Below, piece after piece: positions 19,001 through 32,874 of a stretch of 54,395 nt of DNA; position 1 is the stretch's first letter; the number at the start of each line of letters is the position of its first letter. The notes under the pieces were generated by a model. It had not been told where the DNA came from, did no database searches, and saw only the letters and a program-made list of their open reading frames with translations. The DNA is from Bdellovibrionales bacterium (lineage in GTDB: Bacteria > Bdellovibrionota > Bdellovibrionia > Bdellovibrionales > UBA1609). The position numbers and the translations under genes are program-made. The stretch spans positions 1 to 54,395 of the forward strand of contig SKYF01000046.1 in the NCBI GenBank assembly GCA_007128005.1. Direction: 5' to 3'.

Positions 19001-21100
19001 TCACCTTCCCAGTTTTGCCATAATCTCGGCCTGAACCCGGGGCGGTGTGGGCTGATACTGCTTAAACTCCATACTAAAACTGGCTCGCCCCTGGCTCACT
19101 GAGCGAAGGTCGGTGGCATAACCAAAGAGATTCATCAGGGGAGCTTCTGCCTTGATGACCTGAAGGCCTGATTTGGGCTCCATACTGTGAATTTTACCCC
19201 TTCTTGAGTTTAAATCCCCAATAACGCCCCCCATAAAATCCTCTGGGGTTAGGATTTCCAAGCTAAAAATGGGCTCTAAAAGATAGCTCTTCAGCTTCTT
19301 TACTGCCTCCCGAAAAGCCATCCCCGCAGCCACCTGAAAGGCCATCTCGGTCGACTCCTGATCTCGCAGCGTGACATCCTTCAGGGTCACCTGGATATCC
19401 ACCATCTGATAGCCCCCAAGAACCCCAACCTCAGCGGCTTCAAAAGCCCCCTTCTCAATGGCCTTTATAAACTCCCTCTTGACAGGCTTGTCCACTGGGA
19501 GCTGGTTCTCAAAAACAAGACCAGCGCCGTTGCTCAGGGCTTTCACCTCTAACAGTAAGTGGGCAAACTGTATCTGCCCCCCCACTTCACGCTCAAAGTG
19601 CCCCTCGCTGTATGCGGATCCCTCCACTGTTTCTCGATAGGATACTTGAGGTTTACCCACATTGGCCTTGACCTTGTGCTCCCGCAAGAGACGATCCACA
19701 AGAATATCAAGATGCAGCTCCCCCATTCCCGACAAGAGAAGCTGGCCAGTCTCCACATCCCTGCGGACCCGACAAGAGGGGTCCTCCATTTGCAACCTGT
19801 CCAAAGCCTGCTCCATCTTGTCCTGGTCTGCTGTTGACTTGGCCTCAATGGCCACAGAAATCACCGGATCTGGAAACTCGATCCTCTCGAGGACAATTGG
19901 CCTTTTGAGATCACATAAGGTATCTCCGGTGGCTGTCAGCTTGAGACCGATGACGGCCCCAATATCCCCAGCTCTGAGCTCCCCGATCTCCTCTCTTGAG
20001 TTGGCATGCATTTTAACCAACCTCTGAATCCGCTCCTTTTTACCCAGACGGGTATTGAGAAGAGCCATCCCCTGGCGAATCACTCCTGAATACACTCGAA
20101 CATAGGTTAAGGAACCCGCAAAGGAGTCCGCTGCAATTTTAAAGGCAAGGGCTGCGACCGGCTCTTCGAAGTCAGTTTTACATACAACAGTTTTGCTCTC
20201 ATCCTCAGGGTCCTTAGCCTCGACAGGAGGAATGTCTAAGGGGCTTGGCAAATAGTCGACAACCGCATCTAAAAGAGGTTGAACGCCCTTATTGCGAAAG
20301 GCAGCGCCACAGAGTACGGGGACTGCCTGCAAAGCCAGCACTCCCTTTCTCAGGGCTTGGCGAATCTCCTCAGCCTCAATGGACTGCCCTTCCACATACT
20401 TTTCCATCAATGCATCATCAAATTCCGCCACCCTTTCAATCAGCTCCTCTCGATAACGCTGAGCCTCTGGCAGTAGCTTTTCAGGAATCTCCTCGACCCC
20501 GAACTGATCGCCCAAGCCCTCCGAGCCCCAAATCAAACTCTTCCAACCCACCAAGTCCACAACCCCCACAAAGTTCTCTTCACTTCCTATGGGAATCTGA
20601 ACCGCAACGACTGGAGCCTGAAGCTTTTCCCGCATCGATTCTATGCTCTGAGCAAAGTCTGCCCCAATCCTATCCATTTTATTTATAAACCCGATTCTAG
20701 GAACTTGATACTTGTTGGCCTGACGCCAAACTGTTTCAGTTTGAGGCTCTACTCCGTTGACTCCATCAAACACGGCAATCGCCCCATCTAAGACTCTAAG
20801 GGAGCGCTCCACCTCCACAGTGAAGTCCACGTGACCGGGAGTATCTATGATGTTTATCTGACAGTTTTTCCACTGACAGCTCGTGGCTGCTGAGGTGATC
20901 GTAATCCCTCTTTCCTGCTCCTGAACCATCCAGTCCATGGTGGCATCCCCATGGTGAACCTCACCCATCTTATGGCTCCGCCCAGAATAATAGAGAATTC
21001 GCTCCGTAGTTGTTGTTTTGCCCGCATCAATATGTGCCATAATGCCAATATTACGAGTAAAAACCAGATCTTGGAGCTTAGGAGAAGAAGAAGATTTCAT
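19001..21100 (-). CDS. fusA: Elongation factor G, divergent str-operon copy (EF-G2/spdEFG2-like)
   Basis: [36 protein letters not shown]; domain IV loops are altered (see findings). Start ATG 21100. Confidence 0.93.
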   Translation of the reverse strand: MKSSSSPKLQDLVFTRNIGIMAHIDAGKTTTTERILYYSGRSHKMGEVHHGDATMDWMVQEQERGITITSAATSCQWKNCQINIIDTPGHVDFTVEVERSLRVLDGAIAVFDGVNGVEPQTETVWRQANKYQVPRIGFINKMDRIGADFAQSIESMREKLQAPVVAVQIPIGSEENFVGVVDLVGWKSLIWGSEGLGDQFGVEEIPEKLLPEAQRYREELIERVAEFDDALMEKYVEGQSIEAEEIRQALRKGVLALQAVPVLCGAAFRNKGVQPLLDAVVDYLPSPLDIPPVEAKDPEDESKTVVCKTDFEEPVAALAFKIAADSFAGSLTYVRVYSGVIRQGMALLNTRLGKKERIQRLVKMHANSREEIGELRAGDIGAVIGLKLTATGDTLCDLKRPIVLERIEFPDPVISVAIEAKSTADQDKMEQALDRLQMEDPSCRVRRDVETGQLLLSGMGELHLDILVDRLLREHKVKANVGKPQVSYRETVEGSAYSEGHFEREVGGQIQFAHLLLEVKALSNGAGLVFENQLPVDKPVKREFIKAIEKGAFEAAEVGVLGGYQMVDIQVTLKDVTLRDQESTEMAFQVAAGMAFREAVKKLKSYLLEPIFSLEILTPEDFMGGVIGDLNSRRGKIHSMEPKSGLQVIKAEAPLMNLFGYATDLRSVSQGRASFSMEFKQYQPTPPRVQAEIMAKLGR

Positions 21101-21175
21101 GACACACAAATTGACACAAGGACCCCAACCTGGCAAGGAGGAATCAAGGGCCCTGGAATCAGAGAACCTAGCAGA

Positions 21176-21649
21176 CTACCAGTTGTAGTGAGAGAAGGCC
21201 TTATTGGCGTCAGCCATTCTGTGGACATCTTCCTTCTTTTTAATCGCATTGCCGCGATTATTGAAAGCATCAGTGATTTCCCCAGCCAGCCGTTGAGCCA
21301 TACTCTTCTCACCCCTATCTCGAGAGTAAGACACCAACCACCTCATAGCCAAAGTCAAACGACGAGCCGGTCGAACATCCACAGGAACTTGATAGGTGGC
21401 CCCTCCAACCCTCCTTGAGCGCACTTCGATAGATGGCTTACAGTTCTCAAGGGCCTTCTTAAACACCGTTAGAGGCTCTTCCCCAGGAACTTTTGCCTTT
21501 AGTTCATCGAAGGCTCCATAAAGGGCCTGTTGAGCCACGCTCTTTTTTCCATCCCACATCAGCTTGTTTACGAACTTTGCCACTGTCACATCACTGTAGA
21601 CAGGGTCGGGGACAATCTCTCTTCTATAATTACTCTTACGACGAGACAT
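21176..21649 (-). CDS. rpsG: 30S ribosomal protein S7
   Basis: [26 protein letters not shown]. Confidence 0.98.
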   Translation of the reverse strand: MSRRKSNYRREIVPDPVYSDVTVAKFVNKLMWDGKKSVAQQALYGAFDELKAKVPGEEPLTVFKKALENCKPSIEVRSRRVGGATYQVPVDVRPARRLTLAMRWLVSYSRDRGEKSMAQRLAGEITDAFNNRGNAIKKKEDVHRMADANKAFSHYNW

Positions 21650-21673
21650 TCAATCTTACCTTTCCAATCCCAA

Positions 21674-22051
21674 CTATGCCTTCTTGGGCCGTTTGGTTCC
21701 GTATTTCGAGCGGCCTCTCATGCGGTTATTGACTCCTTGTGTGTCCAGCACACCCCTTACAATATGATATCTAACCCCCGGAAGATCCTTAACCCTACCC
21801 CCGCGAACTAGAACCACACTGTGCTCTTGAAGGTTGTGACCGATTCCCGGAATATAGGAGTTGACCTCAAATCCATTGCTCAGACGGACACGAGCCACTT
21901 TTCTCAAAGCCGAATTCGGCTTTTTGGGGGTGGTGGTGAAAACCCGAGTGCAAACTCCGCGACGCTGGGGGCAACTCGTCAAAGCTGGTGACTTTGACTT
22001 GTCTTTTTGCACTTTCCGCTGTTTGCGGATCAGCTGATTGATAGTTGGCAT
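21674..22051 (-). CDS. rpsL: 30S ribosomal protein S12
   Basis: [30 protein letters not shown]. Start ATG 22051. Confidence 0.99.
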   Translation of the reverse strand: MPTINQLIRKQRKVQKDKSKSPALTSCPQRRGVCTRVFTTTPKKPNSALRKVARVRLSNGFEVNSYIPGIGHNLQEHSVVLVRGGRVKDLPGVRYHIVRGVLDTQGVNNRMRGRSKYGTKRPKKA

Positions 22052-22138
22052 TTTTACCTCATAAACACATAAATTAGCAAATCGGGACCCTAACCTCTTG
22101 AGCACCACTCCGTCAATGGAAATATCCAGTGAGGGACC

Positions 22139-25100
22139 TCAATTCAAAGGCGCTCCGGAACTGCTCCGTGCCCCCATATCCATACCGGGCAAGGCCGAAG
22201 CACCAACTTCTTCCACATCCTCCACAACCACCTTCCAGCGCTTGTAAGAAGAAAGCCCCGTTCCCGCGGGAACTAGGCGACCCATAATGATGTTCTCCTT
22301 GAGTCCGCGCAGGTAATCGGTTTTGGAGTTCACAGCGGCTTCGGTCAAAACCTTGGTGGTCTCCTGAAAGGATGCTGCCGAAATCCAGCTCTCCGTGCTC
22401 AATGACACCTTGGTGATTCCAAGCAACAGCGGTTCTGCGGTGGGAGGCTGCCCTCCCTCAGCCATAACTCGCTGAGTTTCATCTTCAAAATCAAATTTTT
22501 CGACCTGCTCTCCGGCTAAAAAGCGGCTGTCTCCGGGATCTGCCACCTGCACTTTACGCAGCATCATGCGCACAATGATCTCGATGTGTTTGTCATTGAT
22601 ACCCACGCCCTGTAATCGGTAAACCTCCTGAACCTCATTGACCAGGTAAGCAGCTAGCTCCTTATCTCCCAAAACCTTCAAGATATCATGGGGGTTGCTC
22701 GGCCCATCCATCAGAGCCTCACCTGCCCGCACAAACTCACCTTCTCGGACGGCCACATGCTTTCCTTTGGGGATCAAGTACTCTTTTTGCTCACCAATTT
22801 CAGGAGTTACAATCACTCGCTGTTTACCTTTAACATCCTTTCCAAAGGTCACATAGCCATCAATCTCTGTGATAATGGCAGCTTCTTTGGGCTTCCTGGC
22901 CTCAAAGAGCTCTGCGACCCGAGGCAGACCTCCAGTGATGTCACGGGTCTTTGTTGTCTCCCGGTGAATCTTGGCAATCACATCCCCAGAGTGGACTTCT
23001 TGACCGTTCGAGCACATCAGCTGAGCCCCAACTGGAATCACATAGCGGGCAGGAATCGCTCGTCCAGGCAGATTCTGCATCTCCCCATTTGCATCCTTAA
23101 TGAAAATTGTGGGCTTAGAGTCAGCCCCCTTGCTGTCGGTGATCACCTTAGTTGCAAAGCCTGTCACAGGATCCACCTGTTCAGACATGGTCACACCTTC
23201 TTCAATATCCTGGAAGTGAATAACCCCAGACAGATCAGCTACGATTGGGTTGGCATAGGGATCCCACTCAGCCAACACATCACCCTTCTTGACTTCAGCT
23301 CCCTCGCTGAAGTGCAGAAGAGATCCATAAACCAATTTGAAACGCTCTCTCTCACGCCCCGAAGAGTCTACAATGATCGCTTCGCCATTTCGGTTCATCA
23401 CCGTGTGCTTGCCCCCTCGGTTTTGCACCAATTGGACCTGCTCCAGCTTCACCAAGCCCTCGTGGCGGACCGTGTGCACGGACTGCTCCACCGCTCGAGA
23501 AGCTGTTCCCCCCAAGTGAAAGGTTCTCATTGTCAACTGAGTTCCAGGCTCCCCAATGGACTGGGCTGCTATAATTCCCACAGCCTCTCCCATATTGACG
23601 GTGTTTCCACGAGCCAAGTCTCGCCCGTAGCACTTGATACAGACGCCTCGGCGAGTTCGACAGGTCAAGGAAGAGCGAATCTTTACCATCTCAATTCCAG
23701 CCTCTTCAATTCGCGCGACAATGCCTTCGTCAATCTCCTGATTTGCCTGACAGATAACTTCATCGCTATAGGGGTCAATGACATCCTCCAGCGCTGTTCT
23801 CCCCAGGATACGATCCCCCAAGGGTTGGATCACCTCTCCGCCCTCAAGTAAGGGTCGAATCTCCATTCCATCAGTTGTACCACAATCCAGTTCTGAGACC
23901 ACGATGTCCTGAGCCACGTCCACTAAACGCCGAGTCAGATAACCTGAGTTCGCTGTCTTCAAAGCTGTGTCCGCCAGACCCTTTCGAGCTCCGTGAGTCG
24001 AAATAAAGTACTGAAGAACGGACAGCCCTTCTCGAAAATTGGCTGTAATGGGAGTCTCAATAATCTCTCCAGAAGGCTTGGCCATTAGACCACGCATCCC
24101 TGCCAACTGGCGAATCTGGGCTGCAGAACCTCTGGCTCCAGAATCAGCCATGATGAAGATAGGATTGAAGCTCGCACTCTCAACAGACTTTCCATTGACT
24201 TCAAAGTTCTCCTTCTCCAACTGTCCCATCATCTCTTTTGCAATCCTGTCACCGCATTGGGCCCAGATATCCACCACTTTGTTGTAGCGCTCACCATCTG
24301 TGATCAGACCCTCATCATACTGTTGACGGATTTCCTGAACTTTGTTCTCGGCCTCGGCCAGCAACTGCACCTTGGCCTCAGGGATATTCATATCGTCCAC
24401 ACAAATCGAGATGCCGGCAAAAGTAGAGTACTTAAATCCTAAAGCCATTAGCTTGTCGGCCAAAATGACTGTGGCCTTTGCACCCGCTAGACGGAAAGAC
24501 TTATCGATAATCTCGGCCAAAGACTTCTTGTTCATCACCCGGTTAACGATTTCAAAGGGCACCTCTTTGGGAACAACATCTGCCAAGATAGCCCGCCCCA
24601 CGGAGGTCTCCTGGGTCTTTCCATGAATTCGGCACTTAATGGCTGCCTGCAAGTCCACATGACCCGTATCGTGAGCATAAAGGACCTCTTGGACGTTAGA
24701 GAACACTCTACCTGTTCCTTTGGCGCCAGGTCGAACTCGAGTCATCCAGTAGCATCCCAATACGATATCCTGGGTCGGGTTGATGATTGGCCTCCCATTG
24801 GCTGGACTCAAAATATTGTTTGTTGACATCATCAACACCCGAGTCTCCACCTGAGCCTCAATGGAAAGGGGGACGTGCACTGCCATCTGGTCTCCATCAA
24901 AGTCAGCGTTGAAAGCCGTACACACCAGTGGATGTAGCTGAATTGCCTTTCCTTCGTGGAGAACAGGCTCAAAAGCCTGAATCCCAAGACGGTGAAGAGT
25001 GGGTGCTCGGTTGAGCATCACGGGGTGTTCCTTCACGACATCTGAAAGAATATCCCATACTTCCACACTCTCCTGCTCCACCAGTCGCTTGGCCTGCTTG

Positions 25101-26281
25101 ATGGTTGAAGCGAAGCCCTGCTCTTCAAGTTTGTTGTAGACAAAAGGTTTGAACAGCTCGAGAGCCATCTTCTTTGGCAAGCCACACTGATGCAGCCTCA
25201 GTTCAGGACCCACCACAATCACCGAACGACCAGAATAATCCACCCGCTTTCCAAGTAGATTCTGTCTAAATCTGCCCTGCTTGCCCTTTAGCATGTCACT
25301 CAAAGACCTTAGAGGACGCTTATTGGGCCCCGTAAAGGTCTTTCCACGCCGACCATTATCTAAGAGCGCATCGACTGACTCCTGCAACATTCTCTTTTCG
25401 TTGCGAATGATGATATCGGGGGCATTGAGCTCCTGAAGCCGTTTGAGTCGATTGTTTCGGTTGATTACTCGTCGATAGAGATCATTCAAGTCAGAGGTTG
25501 CAAAGCGTCCCCCATCCAAAGGCACCAACGGCCGAAGGTCTGGCGGAATCACTGGAAGCACCTCGAGCATCATCCACTCCGGCTTATTGACCGAGTTCTT
25601 AAAGGCTTCTGCGACCTTAAGACGCTTCGTCAGCTTTTTTATCTGAGCTTCGGACTTTGTCTCCTTCAATTCCAAGCGCAGCTTTCTAGAGAGATACTCC
25701 GGGTCCACTTTGCGCAAAATCTCGCGAACGGCATCTCCACCCATACCGGCCTTGAAATTGGGCCCAAATTCATTGAGAGCATTCTGGTAGGCTTCCTCAG
25801 AAAGAATTGTCCCCTCCTCCAGAGACGTCTCTAGAGGATCAATCACAATATAGGCCTCACAGTAAAGAACCCTCTCAACATCTTTGAGAGAAAGATCTAA
25901 TAAGTTGCCAATTCGGCTCGGAAGCGAGCGTAAAAACCAGATATGAGCCACGGGAGTTGCGAGCTCTATGTGACCTAACCTCTCTCTTCTGACCTTTGTC
26001 TGGGTGACCTCAACTCCGCACTTTTCACAGATGACTCCCCGATACTTCATCCGCTTGTACTTTCCGCAAAGACACTCATAGTCCTTGATGGGACCAAAAA
26101 TCTTTGCACAGAAAAGCCCATCCCGCTCGGGCTTAAAAGTCCGATAGTTGATTGTCTCCGGCTTTTTCACCTCACCAAAGGACCAATCCCGAATCATCTC
26201 TGGCGAAGCCAAGGAGATTCTGACAGCATCAAAAGATAGGGGATCTTTAGGTTTATCAAAAAAATTCAGTAAGTCCTTCAC
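22139..26281 (-). CDS. rpoC: RNA polymerase beta' subunit
   Basis: [12 protein letters not shown] catalytic motif, N-terminal Zn ribbon, [13 protein letters not shown]. Confidence 0.99.
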   Translation of the reverse strand: MKDLLNFFDKPKDPLSFDAVRISLASPEMIRDWSFGEVKKPETINYRTFKPERDGLFCAKIFGPIKDYECLCGKYKRMKYRGVICEKCGVEVTQTKVRRERLGHIELATPVAHIWFLRSLPSRIGNLLDLSLKDVERVLYCEAYIVIDPLETSLEEGTILSEEAYQNALNEFGPNFKAGMGGDAVREILRKVDPEYLSRKLRLELKETKSEAQIKKLTKRLKVAEAFKNSVNKPEWMMLEVLPVIPPDLRPLVPLDGGRFATSDLNDLYRRVINRNNRLKRLQELNAPDIIIRNEKRMLQESVDALLDNGRRGKTFTGPNKRPLRSLSDMLKGKQGRFRQNLLGKRVDYSGRSVIVVGPELRLHQCGLPKKMALELFKPFVYNKLEEQGFASTIKQAKRLVEQESVEVWDILSDVVKEHPVMLNRAPTLHRLGIQAFEPVLHEGKAIQLHPLVCTAFNADFDGDQMAVHVPLSIEAQVETRVLMMSTNNILSPANGRPIINPTQDIVLGCYWMTRVRPGAKGTGRVFSNVQEVLYAHDTGHVDLQAAIKCRIHGKTQETSVGRAILADVVPKEVPFEIVNRVMNKKSLAEIIDKSFRLAGAKATVILADKLMALGFKYSTFAGISICVDDMNIPEAKVQLLAEAENKVQEIRQQYDEGLITDGERYNKVVDIWAQCGDRIAKEMMGQLEKENFEVNGKSVESASFNPIFIMADSGARGSAAQIRQLAGMRGLMAKPSGEIIETPITANFREGLSVLQYFISTHGARKGLADTALKTANSGYLTRRLVDVAQDIVVSELDCGTTDGMEIRPLLEGGEVIQPLGDRILGRTALEDVIDPYSDEVICQANQEIDEGIVARIEEAGIEMVKIRSSLTCRTRRGVCIKCYGRDLARGNTVNMGEAVGIIAAQSIGEPGTQLTMRTFHLGGTASRAVEQSVHTVRHEGLVKLEQVQLVQNRGGKHTVMNRNGEAIIVDSSGRERERFKLVYGSLLHFSEGAEVKKGDVLAEWDPYANPIVADLSGVIHFQDIEEGVTMSEQVDPVTGFATKVITDSKGADSKPTIFIKDANGEMQNLPGRAIPARYVIPVGAQLMCSNGQEVHSGDVIAKIHRETTKTRDITGGLPRVAELFEARKPKEAAIITEIDGYVTFGKDVKGKQRVIVTPEIGEQKEYLIPKGKHVAVREGEFVRAGEALMDGPSNPHDILKVLGDKELAAYLVNEVQEVYRLQGVGINDKHIEIIVRMMLRKVQVADPGDSRFLAGEQVEKFDFEDETQRVMAEGGQPPTAEPLLLGITKVSLSTESWISAASFQETTKVLTEAAVNSKTDYLRGLKENIIMGRLVPAGTGLSSYKRWKVVVEDVEEVGASALPGMDMGARSSSGAPLN

Positions 26282-26297
26282 AATGACTCCCTCTTAT

Positions 26298-29200
26298 TTA
26301 TTGTTCCACCACATTGTTGTGGGGCTTTTCAGTCAAAATATCAGATTCCATCAGCTCTACATTCAGACCCAGACTCTGAAGCTCTTTAACCAAAACATTA
26401 AAGGATTCAGGAAGCCCTGGCTCTAGAACATTTTCACCCTTGACAATACTTTCGTACATTCGCGTCCTTCCTGCGACGTCGTCCGACTTCACCGTTAGGA
26501 ACTCCTGAAGAGAGTAGGCTGCTCCATAAGCTTCAATGGCCCAAACCTCCATCTCTCCCAACCGCTGTCCACCAAATTGAGCTTTTCCGCCCAGAGGTTG
26601 CTGTGACACTAAGGAGTATGGACCGATAGACCGCGCATGAATCTTTTCCTCCACCAAGTGATGGAGCTTCAGCATATACATAATCCCCACGGTCACTGGT
26701 GTCTGGAAGGGCTCTCCCGTGCGCCCATCAAAGAGAACTGTTTGGCCACTAAGGGGCAGTTCCGCCTTCTGAAGTAGATTTTTTACATCTTCTTCCTTAG
26801 CCCCATCAAAGACAGGAGTTCCCACATGGATCCCATCTTTGACCCTGGCCAGCATCTTCTTCAGGGAGCCCTCATCTGCTGCGCTGACCTTTTCAGCCAC
26901 ATCTTCATCACCGGCGTAAGCATCTAAAAGAGCCTTTTTTGCCTCTTCAGCTCTAAAGTTCTCTAGGTGCTGCGCCAGCTGCTGGCCCAACCCGTGAGCG
27001 GCCCAGCCCAGATGGACTTCCAAAACCTGCCCAATATTCATCCGCGAAGGAACCCCAAGAGGATTTAAAACCATATCCACAGGAGTGCCATCTGCCAAGT
27101 AAGGCATATCCTCTACTGGCAGAACCTTTGATATCACACCCTTGTTTCCGTGGCGTCCGGCAAACTTATCACCCACCTGAAGCTTTCTCTTGATAGCCAC
27201 ATAGACCTTAACCATCTTGATAACACCAGGAGGCAGTTCATCGCCCTTTTTCAGACGATCCACCTTCTCATTGAAGACCATCCTGACGGCATCAATTTGG
27301 TTTCGGGCTGAGTCGATGATTCGAGTCACCTGATATTCCAATTCTGATTCAAGGGGAACGTAACTCAACAACTCAAAGGGTATAGACTCCAAATCCTCAT
27401 TAGAAATCTCTTGCCCCTTATTCAGCAGCTTCTTGGATCCATCTTCGCTCAACAGAACTCCAGTGGTGATCTTTCCAACGAGGAGCTCTTTGAGTTTATC
27501 CAGAGCATTGTTACGGATGACGTTTTGCTCAACGCCAAAATCCTTTTCCAGCTTGCGGCTCTTCTCCTCAATAATCGATTGAAGTCGCTCGTCTCTTTCG
27601 GCTCCCTCTCGGCTGTAGACCTGAGCATCAATCACAGTTCCGAAGACTCCAGAAGGAACTCTCAAAGACGTATCTCTCACATCGCCAGCCTTCTCACCAA
27701 AGATCGCCCTCAGCAGCTTCTCTTCAGGAGACAACTGGGTCTCACCTTTGGGAGTGACCTTTCCAACCAGAATACTTCCTGGTCTGACCTCCGCTCCAAT
27801 TCTAATAATTCCACTCATATCGAGGTCACTGAGAGCCTCCTCCCCAACATTGGCAATGTCTCGAGAGATCTCCTCTTTACCTAACTTCGTATCTCTGGCC
27901 ACACACTCAAACTCTTCAATATGAACGGATGTGTAGACATCGTCTTTGATCAGACGCTCAGAAATTAGAATGGAATCCTCAAAGTTATAGCCCATCCAAG
28001 GAGTAAACGCGACCAGGATGTTTTGCCCCAAAGCCAACTCACCCAGCTCAGTCGAAGGGCCATCGGCAATCACATCCCCTCTCTTAACTCTATCGCCCAC
28101 TTTCACAATGGGCTTCTGGTTAAAACAGGTGTTCTGGTTGGTGCGTTGGTACTTGGTGAGGTTGTAAATATCGACATTTCCTCCCAATTCACCGCCTTTT
28201 GCGATCCGACGCACAACGACCCGGGATGCATCCACCTCCTCAACAATACCTTCGTTGTTGCAAACGACAGAGGTTCCTGAGTCCTTGGCCACCAACCTTT
28301 CCACACCCGTACCCACCAAGGGGGCCCTAGCCTTTAACAGAGGCACTGCCTGCCTTTGCATGTTTGAACCCATCAAGGCTCGGTTGGCATCATCATGCTC
28401 CAAAAAGGGAATCAGTGAAGCCGCAATTGAAACCAACTGACTGGGCGAGACGTCCATCAATGAAACTTTATCCTTGTCAACTACCTCATACTCACCGTTG
28501 TAGCGCACGGTGACGTTGTCTGCGACCAACTTGTTTTTATCAACATCCTTTCCGGCCTGAGCAATATAGTGCCCAGACTCTTCTAGGGCTGACATATAGC
28601 TGATGTCCTTATTGACGTCTCCGCTGTCGATCTTTCGGTAAGGGGTCTCAATAAAACCATAGTCATTGATGCGCGCAAAAGTCGCTAGTGAAGCAATCAG
28701 TCCAATATTTGGGCCTTCAGGGGTTTCAATGGGGCAGATCCTTCCATAGTGGGTTGGATGCACGTCCCGAACCTCAAAGCCAGCTCTGTCCCTAGTCAAA
28801 CCACCTGGCCCCAGAGCGGACAAACGCCTTTTGTGAGTGATCTCTGAAAGAGGATTTGTCTGATCCATGAACTGCGACAACTGACTGGAGCCAAAAAACT
28901 CCTTAACCACCGCATTGACAGGCTTTGCATTCACGAGATCATGAGGCATCATTGTTTCCACATCCTGCAGACTCATGCGCTCCCGAATAGCACGCTCCAT
29001 CCTCACCAAACCAATACGATATTGGTTTTCCAAGAGCTCACCCACAGATCGCACCCTGCGGTTCCCCAGGTGATCAATATCATCCACCTGCCCTTGGCCA
29101 TTTTTCAGTTCCACCAGAGTTCGCACCACTGACAAAATATCCTTTTCAGTCAGAGTTCGGTGCTCAACGGGACATTCCTCAAAAGAAATAGCGAAGCGAT

Positions 29201-30452
29201 GGTTGATCTTTAAACGCCCCACTTCACTCAAATCATAGGTTTCAGGATCAAAAAAGAGGCGTTGAAAAAAACCTGTCGCAGCCTCCTCTGTTGGGGGCTC
29301 TCCTGGACGAAGTCGCTTATAGACCTCAATGAGTGCCTCCTCTTTAGTCGTAACCTTATCGATCAACAAGGTGTTGCGCAGATAGGGTCCCACGGCCAAC
29401 CCATCAAAAAAGATCACCTTGAACTCGAGAATTCCAGCCTCAGCTGCCCGGGACACAATATCACTAGACAGCTCTGAGTTGGCATCCGCAATGATTTCGC
29501 CAGTCGTCTCATCAATCAAAGGCTTCGCGAGCACTTTGCCCTCTAAATCTTCCTTGGAGACCTCAATCTCAGTCAGACCTAGAGTCTTTACCTTTTTTAC
29601 GGCCGCACGAGTGATGCGACGGCCAGCTTTAACAATCACCTCTCCAGTGGTTGGGTCAGCTATATCTGAAAGGGCCCTCTGCCCAGCCATACGATCAATC
29701 TCAATGCTGCGGAATATCTTCCCGCTGGCATCTACTCGAACAGTATCTAAATAATAAAAGTGCTCAAGAAGTTCCTCGGTCGTGTAACCAAGAGCCTTGA
29801 GCAAAATCGTTGCTGGAAATTTTCTACGGCGATCAATGCGAACATACACAAGGTCTTTCTGGTCAAACTCGAAGTCTAACCATGAACCACGGTAGGGGAT
29901 CACCCGAGCCGAGTATATCAGCTTTCCACTTGCATGGTTACGACCGCCGTCGTGGTCAAAAAACACACCGGGAGAGCGATGCAACTGGCTGACGACCACA
30001 CGCTCTGTCCCGTTAATGATAAAGGACCCATTGGCTGTCATCAGGGGAATCTCACCCAAATAGACTTCCTGTTCTTTAACATCGCGAATGCTGCGCGCCT
30101 CTGTCTCCTCATCCACATCAAAGACAATCAAGCGCAGTGTCACTTTGATGGGAGCCGCATAGGTCATGCCTCTTTGACGACACTCGTCGACATCATACTT
30201 TGCTGGCTCTAAAACATAACTAACAAACTCAAGACTGGATGTATTGTTGAAGTCTGAAATCGGAAAGACCGATTTAAACACCCCTTGAAGGCCAGTGTCA
30301 GGACGCCTATCAGGATCCATATCCCTCTGCAGGAAGGCCTCATAGGACTTCTTCTGCAATGCAATTAAGTTGGGGATTTCAATCAAGTGCTTGGTTTTCG
30401 CAAAATTTTTACGTAAGCGAATGTTTGAGGCGGTCACAGGAGTGCTGCTCAT
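26298..30452 (-). CDS. rpoB: RNA polymerase beta subunit
   Basis: [42 protein letters not shown]. Confidence 0.99.
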   Translation of the reverse strand: MSSTPVTASNIRLRKNFAKTKHLIEIPNLIALQKKSYEAFLQRDMDPDRRPDTGLQGVFKSVFPISDFNNTSSLEFVSYVLEPAKYDVDECRQRGMTYAAPIKVTLRLIVFDVDEETEARSIRDVKEQEVYLGEIPLMTANGSFIINGTERVVVSQLHRSPGVFFDHDGGRNHASGKLIYSARVIPYRGSWLDFEFDQKDLVYVRIDRRRKFPATILLKALGYTTEELLEHFYYLDTVRVDASGKIFRSIEIDRMAGQRALSDIADPTTGEVIVKAGRRITRAAVKKVKTLGLTEIEVSKEDLEGKVLAKPLIDETTGEIIADANSELSSDIVSRAAEAGILEFKVIFFDGLAVGPYLRNTLLIDKVTTKEEALIEVYKRLRPGEPPTEEAATGFFQRLFFDPETYDLSEVGRLKINHRFAISFEECPVEHRTLTEKDILSVVRTLVELKNGQGQVDDIDHLGNRRVRSVGELLENQYRIGLVRMERAIRERMSLQDVETMMPHDLVNAKPVNAVVKEFFGSSQLSQFMDQTNPLSEITHKRRLSALGPGGLTRDRAGFEVRDVHPTHYGRICPIETPEGPNIGLIASLATFARINDYGFIETPYRKIDSGDVNKDISYMSALEESGHYIAQAGKDVDKNKLVADNVTVRYNGEYEVVDKDKVSLMDVSPSQLVSIAASLIPFLEHDDANRALMGSNMQRQAVPLLKARAPLVGTGVERLVAKDSGTSVVCNNEGIVEEVDASRVVVRRIAKGGELGGNVDIYNLTKYQRTNQNTCFNQKPIVKVGDRVKRGDVIADGPSTELGELALGQNILVAFTPWMGYNFEDSILISERLIKDDVYTSVHIEEFECVARDTKLGKEEISRDIANVGEEALSDLDMSGIIRIGAEVRPGSILVGKVTPKGETQLSPEEKLLRAIFGEKAGDVRDTSLRVPSGVFGTVIDAQVYSREGAERDERLQSIIEEKSRKLEKDFGVEQNVIRNNALDKLKELLVGKITTGVLLSEDGSKKLLNKGQEISNEDLESIPFELLSYVPLESELEYQVTRIIDSARNQIDAVRMVFNEKVDRLKKGDELPPGVIKMVKVYVAIKRKLQVGDKFAGRHGNKGVISKVLPVEDMPYLADGTPVDMVLNPLGVPSRMNIGQVLEVHLGWAAHGLGQQLAQHLENFRAEEAKKALLDAYAGDEDVAEKVSAADEGSLKKMLARVKDGIHVGTPVFDGAKEEDVKNLLQKAELPLSGQTVLFDGRTGEPFQTPVTVGIMYMLKLHHLVEEKIHARSIGPYSLVSQQPLGGKAQFGGQRLGEMEVWAIEAYGAAYSLQEFLTVKSDDVAGRTRMYESIVKGENVLEPGLPESFNVLVKELQSLGLNVELMESDILTEKPHNNVVEQ

Positions 30453-30484
30453 CCTATCTCCTTATCTACTCAGATAATTGAAGC

Positions 30485-30511
30485 GACGAAAGCCCACTGT
30501 GAGCTTTCGCC
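30485..30511 (-). terminator. Hairpin between rplL and rpoB (attenuator/terminator-like)
   Basis: Minus strand GGCGAAAGCTCACAGTGGGCTTTCGTC forms a stem with G-U pairs; only a weak U-tract follows. Confidence 0.5.
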
Positions 30512-30544
30512 ATACTTTTGCCGAATAATTTATAACCAGGCCGA

Positions 30545-30928
30545 CTACTTGACCTCTACAGTTGCCCCAGCTTTTGTTAAGGCCTCTTTAACTTTTTCGG
30601 CCTCTTCTTTACTGACACCTTCTTTCACGGGCTTTGGAGCAGCTTCAACAAGATCCTTAGCCTCTTTGAGACCCAATCCAGTCAACGCACGGACTTCCTT
30701 AATGACGTTAATCTTATTGGCTCCAGCTGAGGCCAAAATGACGTCAAATTCAGTCTTTTCTTCCGCAGGAGCTGCTCCAGCTCCAGGCATGGCGGCCATT
30801 CCAGCCATAGCTACGGGAGCCGCTGCCGTTACGCCCCACTTGTCCTCAAGCTCCTTGATCATCTCGGCAAGCTCAATAACGGGCATAGAAGATAAAAAGT
30901 TAACAACTTCTTCTCTGTTTAAAGACAT
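30545..30928 (-). CDS. rplL: 50S ribosomal protein L7/L12
   Basis: [26 protein letters not shown]. Confidence 0.98.
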   Translation of the reverse strand: MSLNREEVVNFLSSMPVIELAEMIKELEDKWGVTAAAPVAMAGMAAMPGAGAAPAEEKTEFDVILASAGANKINVIKEVRALTGLGLKEAKDLVEAAPKPVKEGVSKEEAEKVKEALTKAGATVEVK

Positions 30929-30983
30929 TTCTTATTCCTCCAATAGTTTCTCGACAGATCACTGTCTCAATTTAATGTTAAAG

Positions 30984-31514
30984 TTACTGTTGTTCTTGCT
31001 TTTGTTTATAGGCATCCAAGACACGTGCGAAGCCTTGAGGGACAGCTTGCAAAGTACCCACGAATTTTGACATAGGGGCTTGCAATACCGCCAGAAGTTG
31101 CGCGCGCAACTCCTCTTTACCCGGAAGAGTGGCTAGGACTTTAATCTTAGCTTCATCCAGAGCTTTGCCATCCATCACACCCGCTTTGACCTGTAGCTGC
31201 TCGACTTCTTTTGCGAACTCGGACAGGGCCTTGGCAGGGGCGCTGACGTCTTCGTATGCAAACACAATGGCATTGGTCCCAACAAAATCACCAGAGATGG
31301 CTGTCTCCATTTCTGGGTATTTTTTGAGAGCCTGCTTTGCCAAGGTGTTGCGCACCACTCGCATCTCTGAATCCAGGGGACGCAAATTCTTGCGCAGCTT
31401 GGTGACTTCTTCAACATTCATGCCTTTGAAGTCGACCAAGAAGGCAGCCTTTGCTCTTCCAAATTTTTCAGAGAGTACAGTGACCTCTTCAACCTTTCTC
31501 GCTTTTGTCATCAT
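30984..31514 (-). CDS. rplJ: 50S ribosomal protein L10
   Basis: DFKGMNV, VVRNTL, LATLP; position. Confidence 0.96.
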   Translation of the reverse strand: MMTKARKVEEVTVLSEKFGRAKAAFLVDFKGMNVEEVTKLRKNLRPLDSEMRVVRNTLAKQALKKYPEMETAISGDFVGTNAIVFAYEDVSAPAKALSEFAKEVEQLQVKAGVMDGKALDEAKIKVLATLPGKEELRAQLLAVLQAPMSKFVGTLQAVPQGFARVLDAYKQKQEQQ

Positions 31515-31597
31515 AGGCGAGACACCTCCTCTTTACTGTTTGACCGCGATGCAGTCTGGGAAAAGAGGAGTTTTATCCTTAAACAGCACTTCTCTTG

Positions 31598-31665
31598 CCC
31601 GTCTCGGTAGGCTCTTCTCAACTGAAGACTTAAACTTTTCATTTCTAGCACCTACTGTCTCTGAC
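31598..31665 (-). promoter_or_regulatory. L10 leader (rplJ autoregulatory RNA element)
   Basis: Minus strand AGACAGTAGG ... TTTAA ... CCTACCGAGAC in the rplA-rplJ gap, the kink-turn-type pattern of L10 leaders. Confidence 0.7.
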
Positions 31666-31698
31666 CGCGATTGTTTCCAATCCACACAAACTGTCTTG

Positions 31699-32397
31699 TT
31701 ATAGCTGTGCGGCACTTCCTATATCCAATTTGATTCCAGGCCCCATTGTCGAAGAGAGTGAGATCCCTCGAACATAGACTCCTTTGCTTGAAGCCGGCTT
31801 TGCCTTAACCACTGTGCTCAAGAAGGCCTGATAGTTTTCCTTTAGCTTCTCTGCACCCATGGACTTACGCCCAATGGTCGCGTGCACAATGCCGGCTTTG
31901 TCGACCCGAAAGTCTAGCTTCCCTTTTTTTTCAGCCGCCACAGATTGACCCACATTCATTGTCACCGTACCCACTTTGGGGTTGGGCATTAAGCCTCTGG
32001 GTCCAAGAATTTTGGCCACTTTTGATACTGTGGCCATCATATCGGGTGTGGCCAAAGCTTTATCAAAATCGAGCCACCCACCCTGAATCTTCTCAACTAG
32101 GTCATCTGCTCCCACATAGTCGGCGCCAGCCTCTTTGGCTTCCTGCTCCTTTGGACCTTTTGCAAAAACCACCACACGGACTGCTTTACCCAAGCCGTGA
32201 GGCAAAGCCACAGCACCCCGCACTTGCTGATCACTTTGCTTGGGGTCTACTCCAAGGTTGACAGCCACATCAATGGCCTCATCAAACTTGGCCTGCGAAG
32301 TCTCCAATACGAGGCTCATGGCCTCATCGACATTGTAGCGCTTGGAGCGGTCGACTTTTTCTGCTGCTGCACTCAAACGTTTTCCTTTTTTAGCCAT
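31699..32397 (-). CDS. rplA: 50S ribosomal protein L1
   Basis: LGVDP...[27 protein letters not shown]. Confidence 0.98.
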   Translation of the reverse strand: MAKKGKRLSAAAEKVDRSKRYNVDEAMSLVLETSQAKFDEAIDVAVNLGVDPKQSDQQVRGAVALPHGLGKAVRVVVFAKGPKEQEAKEAGADYVGADDLVEKIQGGWLDFDKALATPDMMATVSKVAKILGPRGLMPNPKVGTVTMNVGQSVAAEKKGKLDFRVDKAGIVHATIGRKSMGAEKLKENYQAFLSTVVKAKPASSKGVYVRGISLSSTMGPGIKLDIGSAAQL

Positions 32398-32409
32398 AAA
32401 TCACCCTCC

Positions 32410-32832
32410 TCACTGAACTTCTAAACCCATGCTGCGGGCCGTACCCACAACTTGGGAGAAAGCTGACTCCACTGAGTCACAGTTCAAATCAGGTAACTTC
32501 AGCTTGGCGATCTCCTCACACTGAGCCTTTGTCACCTTACCTACCTTGTCCTTTTGTGGCATCTTCGAGCCACTCTTAAGGTTGGCCGCCTTTTTTAACA
32601 AGACAGACACCGGGGGCGTTTTGGTAATAAAGGTAAACGAACGGTCCTGGTAAACAGTGATGATCACAGGAACGATGGTATCCCCATCCTTCTGTGTCTT
32701 CGCATTGAACTGCTTACAGAACTCCATAATGTTTACCCCATGTTGACCGAGCGCCGGTCCAACGGGAGGCGCTGGATTGGCCTTCCCTGCCGGTATCTGC
32801 AACTTAATCTGGCCTGTTACTTTTTTAGCCAT
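32410..32832 (-). CDS. rplK: 50S ribosomal protein L11
   Basis: [29 protein letters not shown]. Confidence 0.98.
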   Translation of the reverse strand: MAKKVTGQIKLQIPAGKANPAPPVGPALGQHGVNIMEFCKQFNAKTQKDGDTIVPVIITVYQDRSFTFITKTPPVSVLLKKAANLKSGSKMPQKDKVGKVTKAQCEEIAKLKLPDLNCDSVESAFSQVVGTARSMGLEVQ

Positions 32833-32874
32833 TTCCCACTCCTCATTGCTTGGGGTTGCTGTTTATTGACAAAA

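Noticed and set aside
22688-23851. 387-aa + strand ORF antisense to rpoC (and similar long antisense ORFs in rpoB, tuf, rplJ, rplL, clpB)
   Set aside because: Shadow frames of highly expressed, codon-biased genes; no recognisable motifs or RBS.
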